Numbered from the stretch's first letter, positions 1 through 12,992 are shown. The stretch: DNA of 37,830 nucleotides from Thainema sp. (GCA_052168235.1 JBQLZK010000065.1:1-37830), one strand, 5' to 3'. Numbers and translations are program-made. Notes: generated by a model from the sequence alone, not told the origin.

Positions 1-31
1 TAAAACCAATGCATCACATCCATTTTAGCAA

Positions 32-751
32 TCACCCTCTAGACGACCAGTGCCGATTGATCTGATCTTCAAACTGAATTTGCAAATTGCGCTGGGGTAA
101 ATCGGCTGGTGATACGCCCGTGAGTAGGTGAATCAAGGTCGCACCCAGAGAGTACAAGTCAGAAGCCGCAACCGTGCGTCCGCCGAACTGTTCCATTGGT
201 GCATAGCCATAGGTGCCGACAACGGTGAACGTCGAACCTTCAATCGCGGCGCGGTCTTGCACTGCCCCAAAGTCGATGAGAAAAATGCGATTGCACTCAT
301 CCAAAATTAGGTTACTCGGCTTAATATCGCGATGAAAAACAGGCGGAGTCAGACTGTGCAGATAAAACAGAATCTGCAGCAAATCCGCTGCAATTTGCTG
401 AACTTGTCGCAAAGAAAATCGCTGGCCCTGCTGAATTAGTTCGCTGAGGGAATGACCGGGAATATAGTCCTGCACCAGGCCAAACCACAGCACGCGATCA
501 TCGATCGAAAAATAATCGCGATATTGCGGAATAGCCGGATGGCTTAGCTGCTGTAGGATATTGGCCTCGCGTTCGAACAGCTTGAGCGTGTCCCAATTAA
601 CCTGATCGACAAAGGCCAGCAGTTTAATAATCACGGGAAGCGGTGGTTGACTGGCCTGATCGTGTGCCAGCCAGGTTTGCCGACCTGCCGTTTGCCCAAG
701 CTTGCGCTGGAGTTGGTAGCGATCGCGCAAGACATCATGAGGTTTCAACAT
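32..751 (-). CDS. Hanks-type Ser/Thr protein kinase, probably C-terminally truncated
   Basis: Has VIIK, E of FERE, HRDIKPSN, DFG, GTYGYAPMEQ and DLYSLG. The ORF stops about 30 aa after subdomain IX with no subdomain XI Arg. Confidence 0.88.
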   Translation of the reverse strand: MLKPHDVLRDRYQLQRKLGQTAGRQTWLAHDQASQPPLPVIIKLLAFVDQVNWDTLKLFEREANILQQLSHPAIPQYRDYFSIDDRVLWFGLVQDYIPGHSLSELIQQGQRFSLRQVQQIAADLLQILFYLHSLTPPVFHRDIKPSNLILDECNRIFLIDFGAVQDRAAIEGSTFTVVGTYGYAPMEQFGGRTVAASDLYSLGATLIHLLTGVSPADLPQRNLQIQFEDQINRHWSSRG

Positions 752-1133
752 GATATAGAACTGATAAGTCGTTTAGGCTAGCACTTGCTCGGTGTGGATC
801 ATTGACGCTGTCTCAACCTAAAAGGCCAGTCTATTCAATGGATGGGATAGGGATGCTTGATCAGTGATGAATTGGGATTTAGAGGTGATGTTCCTGCTCC
901 CAATTATCCCTGAAATCAGCAATACCCAATAGACTTCAACCCCACTAATGTGATTTACGCACAGATTGGTAGTGATCTCAGCCTGCTAGATGACTGATCT
1001 TGATCAGTTCTGGTATCAAAAATAAAGGGTATAGTCCTTTGGCTGTAAATAGAAAGTATAGAAAATAAGACTCTTTTCGAGTTCTTCACGATTGTTGTTT
1101 AAGGTGACGATTAATGAATTCAAAGTTTACTTT

Positions 1134-1475
1134 ATGGCTACGAAAACTCCCAAACTGATTCCGATTGTTCAGCTTGGAAATTGTTTGCGTCGTAAAGGTT
1201 TTAGCTTAGTTCAACTGTGTATGTCTCCTTACGTACGCCAGTTGCCAGCAGCAGAAAAGCAGGTATTAATTAATGCCGTACGCAATATTAATCAGCAGGT
1301 GCGACGGCAGGATAAAAGTGATGCATCGCTGTTAGAATTGGGTCTTTTGAGGTTTGGCGAAAATCAGTACGTTTGGCAGGTAACGGATAATGGTAGTCAC
1401 ACAGAAATGTATCCAGATGGTTCTTTAGCCGAGTTCAAGCATCGCATGCTGACGTTGCTGATGGTGATGCAATAG
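1134..1475 (+). CDS. Hypothetical protein, divergent DUF3768-like
   Basis: AT-rich ORF; ATG 1134 preferred over TTG 1092. IVQLGNCLRR...VRQLP...AVRNI...LG...YVWQV...RMLTLLM resembles the DUF3768 pattern by eye. Confidence 0.6.
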   Translation: MATKTPKLIPIVQLGNCLRRKGFSLVQLCMSPYVRQLPAAEKQVLINAVRNINQQVRRQDKSDASLLELGLLRFGENQYVWQVTDNGSHTEMYPDGSLAEFKHRMLTLLMVMQ

Positions 1476-1818
1476 ATAGTATTATAAAATTCGTTTTTGA
1501 TGGATTATTCTGGTTGCCCTTAGTCGTTTAGATTGAGCTTGGCATCAGAATATACAACGTTAATATGCAGCGTTATTGCGGGGGCGAAACATTCTCACCC
1601 TTTAACCCACTATTCTTGGATGAACTGAATGAATCCGAAATAAGGGTAAGTGGCAGTTAGGCCATGATTTTTGCTGTGTGAGTTCAGCCTACATAAAGAG
1701 TCGTTATTGTTTGAGGATTGCCGAAAGAAGGGAAATGGTTGATGGTGTGTTTGGCGCTGCACCTGCTACAGTTACAGTCGTTTAACCGTAAACTGATCAA
1801 CCTCTGAGTCAGCATTAG

Positions 1819-3912
<2,094 letters not shown>

Positions 3913-4155
3913 AGCTGGCCGAATTGTCACGGTCGCTAAGCCTTGATTTTTGAGCCTCGACGGCTATTTTTTGTTGCCAAATCAATACCTGTAGCGATCC
4001 CCGTCAAGTGCGATCGCATTTGCGGAAACGTTACGAATTCATTAGTCTTAACTATTAAATTCGTAAACAAATCTTTCACAATGCCAAGGCGGAATCAGTA
4101 AGTCCGTCGCATTACCCATTCAGCCCACCTTGGGGATTATTGAGGTTAGCGTCCT

Positions 4156-4989
4156 ATGTCGTTTAGCGATGCTGATATTAAAGCCGTTTTAAAAGCTGCC
4201 GCCGCTCAGTGCGATTTTCTGGGTAGTCCGCTCACGCCCCAACAGCGTCAGGTCTTGCAGCAGGTGATGTCTGCCCACCGCGCGACGACCTCAACCGCAC
4301 CCGATCCGAATTTGACGACGACGGATCAATCGGTGGCCGAAGATGCAACGCCTCATCTTGATTCGGATTTAATTCCAGATCAGCCTGATACTGACTCGAC
4401 GAACGAGAATATGAGGCAACAAGCGATTGATAAATTAGAATCGGCTCTACCCGACATGGGGCATTCCGAATCAGCTCGGAATTTGGACGGAAGGGATGAT
4501 GGAGCCGACAATCCGCTAGATGAAATGACGCCGGAACATCGCAGTGCGTTTCTGGCCTTTATTCAGCGGCAGAGTCATCAAACGGAAAATTGGAAAACTA
4601 GCTTATTAAATGATTGGCTCAGCGGCAGTAGTTCCGGTGAGCTTCAGTTTATCCGCGATTTTTACGGCCCGCAGTGGCTCAATCGTGTACAGGCCACGCA
4701 CCTTGCCAAGTATTTAGATCCCCATGACCTGAAGCTGAAGGTTGGCGACCAAATTGAAGTCTCCAATGGCCTGTGGGAATGGGTGCAGGACAGTGGCCCC
4801 TGCCTGCGGGAATGGATTTTATGTACTGTCATCGCACTACGCGAGAGCGAGGACGATGCCTTCACGACACCCGACAGCTACCGTCAATTCACCACCTGCA
4901 CCGTCCGATTTGAAAACGGACGCGAATTTGAAATTCAGGGCGTCTACGAATGGAATCGCTATAGCTGGAGATGGCCGGAACCAGATTAA
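4156..4989 (+). CDS. Conserved cyanobacterial hypothetical protein with a possible C-terminal Tudor/SH3-like barrel
   Basis: 277-aa ORF with GAGG upstream. Trp-rich blocks LLNDWL, QFIRDFYGPQWL, LKVGDQIEV, LWEWVQ and EIQGVYEWNRYSWRW; acidic low-complexity linker. Confidence 0.85.
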   Translation: MSFSDADIKAVLKAAAAQCDFLGSPLTPQQRQVLQQVMSAHRATTSTAPDPNLTTTDQSVAEDATPHLDSDLIPDQPDTDSTNENMRQQAIDKLESALPDMGHSESARNLDGRDDGADNPLDEMTPEHRSAFLAFIQRQSHQTENWKTSLLNDWLSGSSSGELQFIRDFYGPQWLNRVQATHLAKYLDPHDLKLKVGDQIEVSNGLWEWVQDSGPCLREWILCTVIALRESEDDAFTTPDSYRQFTTCTVRFENGREFEIQGVYEWNRYSWRWPEPD

Positions 4990-4995
4990 TCTCGC

Positions 4996-7800
4996 CTATT
5001 TATTCTTCATCGTGAAGACACCACCCCAATCATCAGGTGGTGGTGCAGCCTTGTAATCTTCGGAACGATTGATAAACAGCTTGCAGGCTTCATCGGGGCG
5101 GCCCAGTGCCTGTGGACTGAGGTCGTAAGCTTCTTTAAAGGTGCGAATGGCCTGCTCAAAATTACCGTTGGTGTAAGCCGCTCGTCCCTGCCGAAACATC
5201 TCCAAAAAGGCTTCTAAATCAGCAGATAGCGGATGCTCTTTGAAATCGAGAACATCATAGATACCGACGGGTTCATTCTTGCCCTTCACACGGATTAAAT
5301 CCAGCTCGCGTACCCAGACCATTGGCTTACACATCTCGTAGGTGTGCTCACTGATCACGATATCGCAGCCGTATTGCTTCGTGATGCTTTCCAAGCGAGA
5401 GCTGAGGTTGACCCCGTCGCCGATGACGGTGTATTCCATTTTCTTCTGGGAACCGATGTTGCCCGAAACCACTTCGCCGGAACTAATGCCGATCCCGATT
5501 CGGATTTGGGCTTCCGACTGCCCCGCGCGCTCGCGGTTGAACACCACAAGTCGATGACGCATGTCGAGCGCTGATTTGACTGCAGCTAGCGCATGGTTTT
5601 CTAGTGGCAGCGGTGCGCCAAAGACGGCCATCAAGGCATCGCCGATGAACTTGTCGAGGGTTCCTTCGCAGTCAAAGACGGCCTCAACCATCGTTTCAAA
5701 GTAGTCGTTGAGCAGCCGCACCACTTCTGCCGCTTCCAGATTTTCGGTCAGAGTCGTGTAGCCGCGAATATCGGAGAACAGGATAGTAACTTCTTTCCGT
5801 TCGCCTTCCATCAGCGCATCTTCGCCCAACGCCATCACTCGTTCGGCTACACCTGGCGTCATATAGCGGTAGAGGGTAGTCTTCATCCGCTTTTCTTGGC
5901 TAATGTCTTCTAAGACAATCAGGCCACCCCGCACGCCGCCTTCTGGGTTCGTCAGAGGATTGACTGTTAGGTTAATGCTGCGCTCTACCTGCTGAACCTG
6001 GGCAGCGGGAATAAAGCGCGGCCAGGGCATGGCTTCAGCGGCTGGTGCTGACTCATGGCCGTTGCCATTGGCGCTTTCGGATTCAGATGGAGTTGCGATC
6101 GCACCCTCTACTTGCTCTAAATAACAGCGGTTCCAGGGCAAATAAACATCGGTATTCTTCCCAGCCGGAATCGCCAAAATAGACAGCTTTGTGTTGTCTA
6201 CAGTATTTCCAGCACTATCTCCAGTGCTCTGCGAGCCATTAGCCTCACTCTGACTGGCAGGGCGCTGAACCGTGTCTTCGCCGCCCGGAGACAGCGTATA
6301 AATACCCACGCAAAGCCCTTGTTCTGGCACGTACTGCCGCACCGCATTTTGCAGACTGTCTACTAAACGCCCTTGCAGTCCATCTAGCGGCACAACTTCC
6401 CAAACAAACCGATTCAGCAAGTTTGATTCCCAAAGCTGCCGTAGCTTGCCGTTGACGGCCTCCCGGCTATTGGCAGCTTTGCTACGGGCTTTTTGCTGCT
6501 CTGCCGAATTTTGAACACTGTCATGCTCGTTGCTAGCTTTCTCCTGTAGTGGACAACCCAGCAGCTGAAGGGCCGCATCGTTAATTGTGACAATTCGACC
6601 CGACATATCCGTAGAAATCACCGCATCGGACAGGCTTTGCAGCATGTCTTTCTGGTACTGCTTTTCCACTAAGACGTTTTCAAACAGTTGGGCATTCTCT
6701 AGCGCCACCCCTGCCTGGATGTTGAACGCCCGCATGAACTCTTCATCCGAGTTGGTAAAGCTACCCTGATGCTTATTGATCAGCTGGGTGACGCCAATCA
6801 GTGCCCCAGAAGAGTTAAACACGGGCATACAGAGAATATTGCGGGTCAAATAGCCCGTGCGCTTGTCGGAACTGGGGTCAAAACGCGGATCTTTATAGGC
6901 GTCTGGAATGTTAACGGTTTCGCCCGTCGAGGCCACGTAGCCCGCAATTCCTTTATCAGCGGGAAAGCGCAATTCAATAATGCTGGTGTTGTCGGCGTTG
7001 GCAACTTTTGACCAAAGCTGATTCTTCTCGCGATCCAGCAAAAAAAGCGTGCTGCGATCGGCACTCATCAAGTCGCGGGCTTCGTCCATCACCACCCGCA
7101 GCGTCTTCTCCAAATCCAGCGTTTGGCCCAGACAGGACGTTGCCTTCAGCAGCGCTTCCACGCCTTTCTGGTTACGGGCGGCGATATAAAACTTGTTGCA
7201 GCTTTCTAGAATAATGCCAATCGAGGCGGCAAATTCTCTAAAGCTGCGCTCATCCTGCTGATCAAATGGCGCGTCACCGATTTTATTCAGCAGCTGTACA
7301 ACTGCTACGACCTCCTCATTGGAGGTGAAAATGGGCAGGCAGAGAATATTGCGCGTCCGATAGCCTGTCTTCTTATCGACTTCTGGGTTAAATAGTGGAT
7401 GACTGTAAGCGTCTGGAATATTGAGGCATTCTCCTGTCGTCGCAACTCGTCCTGCAATTCCCTTATTCATGGGAATGCGAATTTCTAAGGAATTCTCAGC
7501 AATTTTTGACCAGAGCTGCTTTTTTTCCCGATCCACCATGAAGATCGTTGTGCGCTCAGCCTGCAAGATCTGACCAATCTTGAGCGTAAATGCTTCGAGG
7601 ATCTGCTCCAGCATTCGCTCTAGATTTTCGTTGTTGATCATGTCGATCGCCCGCAAGAAGTGCTCAAATTCGCGGGTTATCTGATCGAGCAGATCAATAA
7701 ATTTAGGCGTGGGCAGATCCTGAACACGGTGAGTCAGATTAGCAGAGTTGTTAACCTGAGAAATCGCAGCCAACATGCTGCTAGGAGTCGAGGAAGTCAT
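4996..7800 (-). CDS. cyaB1: Class III adenylate cyclase, GAF-GAF-PAS-catalytic-TPR (CyaB1 type)
   Basis: Two GAF domains with NKxxxxFxxxDE, a PAS start (SLSDAVISTDMSGRIVTIN), and catalytic ILFSDIRGYT, DKFIGDALM, YTVIGDGVNLSSRLE. ATG 7800 matches the CyaB1-like N-terminus; the ORF track extends to TTG 7845. Confidence 0.93.
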   Translation of the reverse strand: MTSSTPSSMLAAISQVNNSANLTHRVQDLPTPKFIDLLDQITREFEHFLRAIDMINNENLERMLEQILEAFTLKIGQILQAERTTIFMVDREKKQLWSKIAENSLEIRIPMNKGIAGRVATTGECLNIPDAYSHPLFNPEVDKKTGYRTRNILCLPIFTSNEEVVAVVQLLNKIGDAPFDQQDERSFREFAASIGIILESCNKFYIAARNQKGVEALLKATSCLGQTLDLEKTLRVVMDEARDLMSADRSTLFLLDREKNQLWSKVANADNTSIIELRFPADKGIAGYVASTGETVNIPDAYKDPRFDPSSDKRTGYLTRNILCMPVFNSSGALIGVTQLINKHQGSFTNSDEEFMRAFNIQAGVALENAQLFENVLVEKQYQKDMLQSLSDAVISTDMSGRIVTINDAALQLLGCPLQEKASNEHDSVQNSAEQQKARSKAANSREAVNGKLRQLWESNLLNRFVWEVVPLDGLQGRLVDSLQNAVRQYVPEQGLCVGIYTLSPGGEDTVQRPASQSEANGSQSTGDSAGNTVDNTKLSILAIPAGKNTDVYLPWNRCYLEQVEGAIATPSESESANGNGHESAPAAEAMPWPRFIPAAQVQQVERSINLTVNPLTNPEGGVRGGLIVLEDISQEKRMKTTLYRYMTPGVAERVMALGEDALMEGERKEVTILFSDIRGYTTLTENLEAAEVVRLLNDYFETMVEAVFDCEGTLDKFIGDALMAVFGAPLPLENHALAAVKSALDMRHRLVVFNRERAGQSEAQIRIGIGISSGEVVSGNIGSQKKMEYTVIGDGVNLSSRLESITKQYGCDIVISEHTYEMCKPMVWVRELDLIRVKGKNEPVGIYDVLDFKEHPLSADLEAFLEMFRQGRAAYTNGNFEQAIRTFKEAYDLSPQALGRPDEACKLFINRSEDYKAAPPPDDWGGVFTMKNK

Positions 7801-8060
7801 AGTGTGACAGCACTCAAGAGAGACCCGGTCAGTCAATACAGTCAAATTCAGCGGCTAAGGTTCCCCATAGCTCATCTCTAGATTGCCACTGGCAAGTTCG
7901 ATAGTAACACCAGCATATTCTATTTTCCTGGAATAGGCCGTTCGCACTTACGGATCGGCTGAGCCGCGATCGCAAATCATCACAAATTACAAAATGGGAT
8001 GCTAAAACTCTAACGGTTTACTCCCAAAACCGCTAGCAGTCTTGTATACAGAACTTGAGA

Positions 8061-9197
8061 TTATGCCGCCAATGGTAAAGACGGACGGGCTGACAATACT
8101 GTTTGATAGAACCCTTGCAGTTGTCGCGTTGCTGCTGCCCAACCCCACAATTCAGCCTCTGCGCGTGCATTTTGCTGTAGCAGTTGACGCTCATCCATGC
8201 GGGCGAATAGTTTCTGCGTTGCTGCGATCGCACCATTTTCTTCCAGCGGATCGAACAAATACCCGTTCACGCCATCGGTGACGATATCAGGAATGCCGCC
8301 AGAGCGAGCCGCAACCACGGGACAGCCTGCCGCCATTGCTTCCAGCAGTACTAAACCCAAGGTTTCCGTGCGCGATGGGAAGATAAAGGCATCGGCAGAG
8401 GCAAACGCTGAGGCTAGGTCATCGCCAGCTAGGTAGCCGACAAAATAGGTTGGCGTATCTTCAAAATGCTTTTCCAGCTCCGGTCGGTATGGCCCATCAC
8501 CGACTAGAGCCAGCCGCGCATTGGGAATCGATTCCAGCACGGGCTTGATATTAGTGATTTCTTTCTCCGCCGATAGCCGACCCACGTATAGAAGTAATGG
8601 GTCGTCGGGGTGACCTTGGCTGAGGTGCGATCGCATTTCAGCACTGGTCTGATCGGGACGGAACAGCTCAGTATCGACTCCTCGCTGCCACACTTCCACC
8701 CGCTCAACGCCATGCTCCGTCAGTTCAGACTGCATAGCGGTTGAGGTACAGAGATTAAGAACAGCCTGATTGTGCCCTGCTTTGATCAACTCCCAGAGAA
8801 ATCCTTCCAGCATACCCAAGCCGTAGTGCTCCAGGTACTTGGGCAAATGGGTATGGTACGACGCAACCAGTGGCACCTGTAGGCTTTTGGCGTAATACAG
8901 GCCAGCCAGTCCCAAAACCGCTGGATTCACGACGTGAATTAAATCGGGATTGAAGTCTTCCAGCACTTGGCGAATGGACGGACGGGGCAGCGCCAGCTTC
9001 AGTTCCGGATAAAGCGGTAGCGGGAACCCAGGCACCCCGTAGATTTTTGCCCCCATGTATTCGGTGAGACCGCCTTCGGGAGAGACAACGAGCACCTGAA
9101 CTCCCATGCGCTGTAGGTGCTCTACCGTATGTTTGAGGCGCGTGACGATGCCATCAACTTTCGGCAGGAAGGTTTCCGTGAACAGGGCAATGCGCAT
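8061..9197 (-). CDS. sqdX: Sulfoquinovosyltransferase (GT4 family)
   Basis: MRIALFTETFLPKVDGIVTRL, SYHTHLP, VGRLS.EK and ETLGLVLLEAMA; directly downstream of sqdB. Confidence 0.93.
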   Translation of the reverse strand: MRIALFTETFLPKVDGIVTRLKHTVEHLQRMGVQVLVVSPEGGLTEYMGAKIYGVPGFPLPLYPELKLALPRPSIRQVLEDFNPDLIHVVNPAVLGLAGLYYAKSLQVPLVASYHTHLPKYLEHYGLGMLEGFLWELIKAGHNQAVLNLCTSTAMQSELTEHGVERVEVWQRGVDTELFRPDQTSAEMRSHLSQGHPDDPLLLYVGRLSAEKEITNIKPVLESIPNARLALVGDGPYRPELEKHFEDTPTYFVGYLAGDDLASAFASADAFIFPSRTETLGLVLLEAMAAGCPVVAARSGGIPDIVTDGVNGYLFDPLEENGAIAATQKLFARMDERQLLQQNARAEAELWGWAAATRQLQGFYQTVLSARPSLPLAA

Positions 9198-9274
9198 AAC
9201 CTTGCTAATTGATCGCTGACTTAAGTAAACGGTTGGTTAGAACGAATTAGAGGACGGAATCCGTTTGGCAGGGC

Positions 9275-9296
9275 GGGTGGGCAACGCCCACCCTAT
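9275..9296 (-). repeat. Decayed GTAG-type REP-like palindrome (ATAGGGTGGGCGTTGCCCACCC on the minus strand)
   Basis: GGGTGGGC-AAC-GCCCACCC hairpin in the sqdB-sqdX spacer; resembles the cyanobacterial GTAGGGTGGGCA.TGCCCACC repeat. Confidence 0.6.
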
Positions 9297-9345
9297 GCTT
9301 AAAAAGATTGATTCCGAACCATTAAAGGTGAGACGGAGGACGGAA

Positions 9346-10530
<1,185 letters not shown>

Positions 10531-10799
10531 CTACCAGGTTTATGGATCATCTAAACAATCCAGTTGAAAATTTATTTTGGCTATTTTGCCTTACTATTCC
10601 ATTCAATTCGGACTTAGGCAATGGGTTCCAGCAGAATGCTGAGAGCTTTCCACAAAACAGACTAAATTAGCTATCTGGTGTTAGCGTTAATCTCAAAGAA
10701 TAAAACTAAGACAATAGGATATCGCTTAATTCAATTCTTATGAACCCACTTAAGAGGTGATTTTATTCAAATTGTTCGTGTCAGATTTAAATCGGCTGA

Positions 10800-11390
10800 T
10801 TAAACAGGCACTTCATGCGAATAGTCACCCCAGCGCACAAAGTAGAACGGCCCCGCCACAGATCCCCAAATGTGTTCATCTGTTTCGGGATCGCGTCCCC
10901 GGTCATGGCTAATAAACTTATCGGCATCGATTTCGAAGGTGCTATCAAGATATGTCTTTTGACCTTTGCGAACAACTGTGCATTGCTTTCCTGGCTCGAC
11001 ATATCCATGAAAGCCTTGTTCTGTCGGCTCAACAATCATGTTGCAGCCTGGCAGCTTTTCCATGTTGTCTGCCCGCATTTGGCTTAAGAGCGCTAAGTCA
11101 CGCGAGGCTCCGTAGAATTTTTCTGCGTCTTTGATGATGTAGTTTTCAATTTCAATTTGGCCGTTGCGCTCAATCAGATTCAGAACGCGCGAACGGTAGG
11201 GCCGATTTAGCATGTAGTCATAGGCTTGTTCAACGTAGAGGCTAATACCGGAGAGAAAGTCTTTCGGCATTGGCCGCATGCAGACCCGGATGTGGGCAAA
11301 GAAGGGGGGATTTTCAAAGGCTTGTTCTTGATTGCTAAAGTCAGCCGCCATCAGGCGAGCTAGCTGTACGATATCGTTCGTTTGTGTCAT
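10800..11390 (-). CDS. cpcT: T-type phycobilin chromophore lyase (CpcT/CpeT family)
   Basis: AADFSNQEQAFENPPFFAHIRV, YVEQAY..PYR, DRGRDPET...WGS..GPF. Confidence 0.92.
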   Translation of the reverse strand: MTQTNDIVQLARLMAADFSNQEQAFENPPFFAHIRVCMRPMPKDFLSGISLYVEQAYDYMLNRPYRSRVLNLIERNGQIEIENYIIKDAEKFYGASRDLALLSQMRADNMEKLPGCNMIVEPTEQGFHGYVEPGKQCTVVRKGQKTYLDSTFEIDADKFISHDRGRDPETDEHIWGSVAGPFYFVRWGDYSHEVPV

Positions 11391-11643
11391 AACGCTGATG
11401 CAATATACGGTTCAGGCCCTGCATATCAGGCCGTAGGAGCTTGATGATCCCCATTTTAGGATGATTGATCCCTCTAGGCTCAAAGCCGACTCAACACAAA
11501 ACTTGCTGTCAAGGATTGGGATCAGCAGTTTCAGGGGTAGTTAATTCAACGATAATGTTTTATTAATCACCTTATGAGCGCTGAAAGTTAGACGCTTTGA
11601 TTGAATTTCGTCCGCTCAGAGTACATAGGTTCAACCAGCAAAA

Positions 11644-11700
11644 AAAAGAGCCAAGAGGAGCGGGACGGGTTAAGCCCGTCCCGCTCCTCTTGGCTCTTTT
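11644..11700. terminator. Perfect 26-bp inverted repeat with A/T tails; likely terminator of the phytase-like gene
   Basis: AAAAGAGCCAAGAGGAGCGGGACGGG-TTAAG-CCCGTCCCGCTCCTCTTGGCTCTTTT, about 40 bp past the stop at 11739 on the minus strand. Confidence 0.75.
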
Positions 11701-11738
11701 AGCACAATTCTACTGCAATATCTATTACAAAAACAGCG

Positions 11739-12992
11739 CTAATATCGGATACGAAATAATAAAAATTGAGTGATTTGTTCAGTTCTAAAATTATTGTCAC
11801 TGAGCAACAGCAAACTTTGACTGCCATCAGGTAGGCGAGGGCCGAAAGTTATTCCTTCGAGGTTATCCAGTTCAATATTTAGGTCTTTTAGATCTAAAAG
11901 TAGCCGCTTTCGAATCGGTTGAATCGCTGAAACATCTCCCTTCAAGGATGCGATCGCAGATGTATCAGTGGCGGCACCTGTGGCAATCTGATACAGTTTG
12001 GCCCCAAATCCCCAGACACCCAGAGAACGCTCTAGCGCCAGAAAATGCCCCGCTTGATCTAACACCATAAGTTCTGACAGACCGCTGTAAACTGTGCCGA
12101 GTTCATCCGGCGTCATCGGGTATAAATGCTCAGAAATGAGCGTGGTTTGATCTTCGCCAATCAGGTAGTGCAGCAGGCGATTATGCACAGCCAGACTTTC
12201 ACCAGAAAGGTCTAAATCCTGCATCAAAGCAGATTCAGTAGCGGTAAATAAGCGAAATGGCTCAACCATTGGGGAAGCCATACCGACTGGGTTGATCGTC
12301 AGTGCTTCAAAGCCTAAGTTTTGCTGAATGCCTGTTTCAACAATGCCTTCGTCCGTCTCGATTTTTTCAGGCAGGAAACGGGTCGGAATTTGTAAGTCTT
12401 GCAGCCATTGTCCAGTGGCTAAATCAAATTCCGCAATAGTCGGCACAGCTCCACTGTAGGCGACACCCTCACTTGAAATAAAAACGCTATCGCGTGGTGA
12501 TAGAGCAATTCCCTCGGCATCCAAAGTATCGGCTGGATAAGGCTCACCGGATTCAGATACAAGAGTCGTGACGGATTCCACGTCTACCGATGCAATTTGA
12601 GGAGCCGAGTTTTCTGGATCAACCTGTAGGCGAAGAGTGTAGAACCGGGTCGCAGATTGATGATCGTCTGACACAGCATAAAAGCGATCGCGGTTGCGGT
12701 CATAGACAATCCCGGATAATCCTCCGACCCTGGTGCCCTCAAATTCAAACTCCGTTGGCCAGCTAAACTCGTCTAAAAACTCGATTGATACGGGCAAAAA
12801 CAGCCGATCTTCCGCACTCACTTGGGGCAGATCACAAGCCGTGAGCAACATCGTTCCCGCGAGAAGAGGCAGCATGGCGAGGTGGCGGAGGTGTACGGAG
12901 GATAATGCGGATAACGCTGATTGGTAGGTAGCTGAAATGTGGAGGGCAAACGATTGGAGCAAAAGTGCGATCGCAGATAGTACGCGTAACAT
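11739..12992 (-). CDS. Esterase-like activity of phytase family protein, probable lipoprotein (start uncertain)
   Basis: GGLSGI, AVSDD, DAEGIA, ISSEG, NLGFEALT, LALERS, DNLEG and SDNNF motifs; LLTAC lipobox. Confidence 0.9.
   Translation of the reverse strand: MLRVLSAIALLLQSFALHISATYQSALSALSSVHLRHLAMLPLLAGTMLLTACDLPQVSAEDRLFLPVSIEFLDEFSWPTEFEFEGTRVGGLSGIVYDRNRDRFYAVSDDHQSATRFYTLRLQVDPENSAPQIASVDVESVTTLVSESGEPYPADTLDAEGIALSPRDSVFISSEGVAYSGAVPTIAEFDLATGQWLQDLQIPTRFLPEKIETDEGIVETGIQQNLGFEALTINPVGMASPMVEPFRLFTATESALMQDLDLSGESLAVHNRLLHYLIGEDQTTLISEHLYPMTPDELGTVYSGLSELMVLDQAGHFLALERSLGVWGFGAKLYQIATGAATDTSAIASLKGDVSAIQPIRKRLLLDLKDLNIELDNLEGITFGPRLPDGSQSLLLLSDNNFRTEQITQFLLFRIRY

Noticed and set aside
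949..963. TGTGATTTACGCACA as a CRP site
   Set aside because: The spacer is one base short of TGTGA-N6-TCACA and the right half mismatches.
7803..7818. TGTGA-CAGCAC-TCAAG at the cyaB1 start as a cAMP-CRP feedback site
   Set aside because: Only an 8/10 match with a broken right half-site; too weak to support.
11620..11633. AGTACATAGGTTCA, close to the cyanobacterial LexA box RGTACNNNDGTWCB
   Set aside because: The last position mismatches, it lies 230 bp from cpcT, and a motif this degenerate is expected about once by chance in a window this size.
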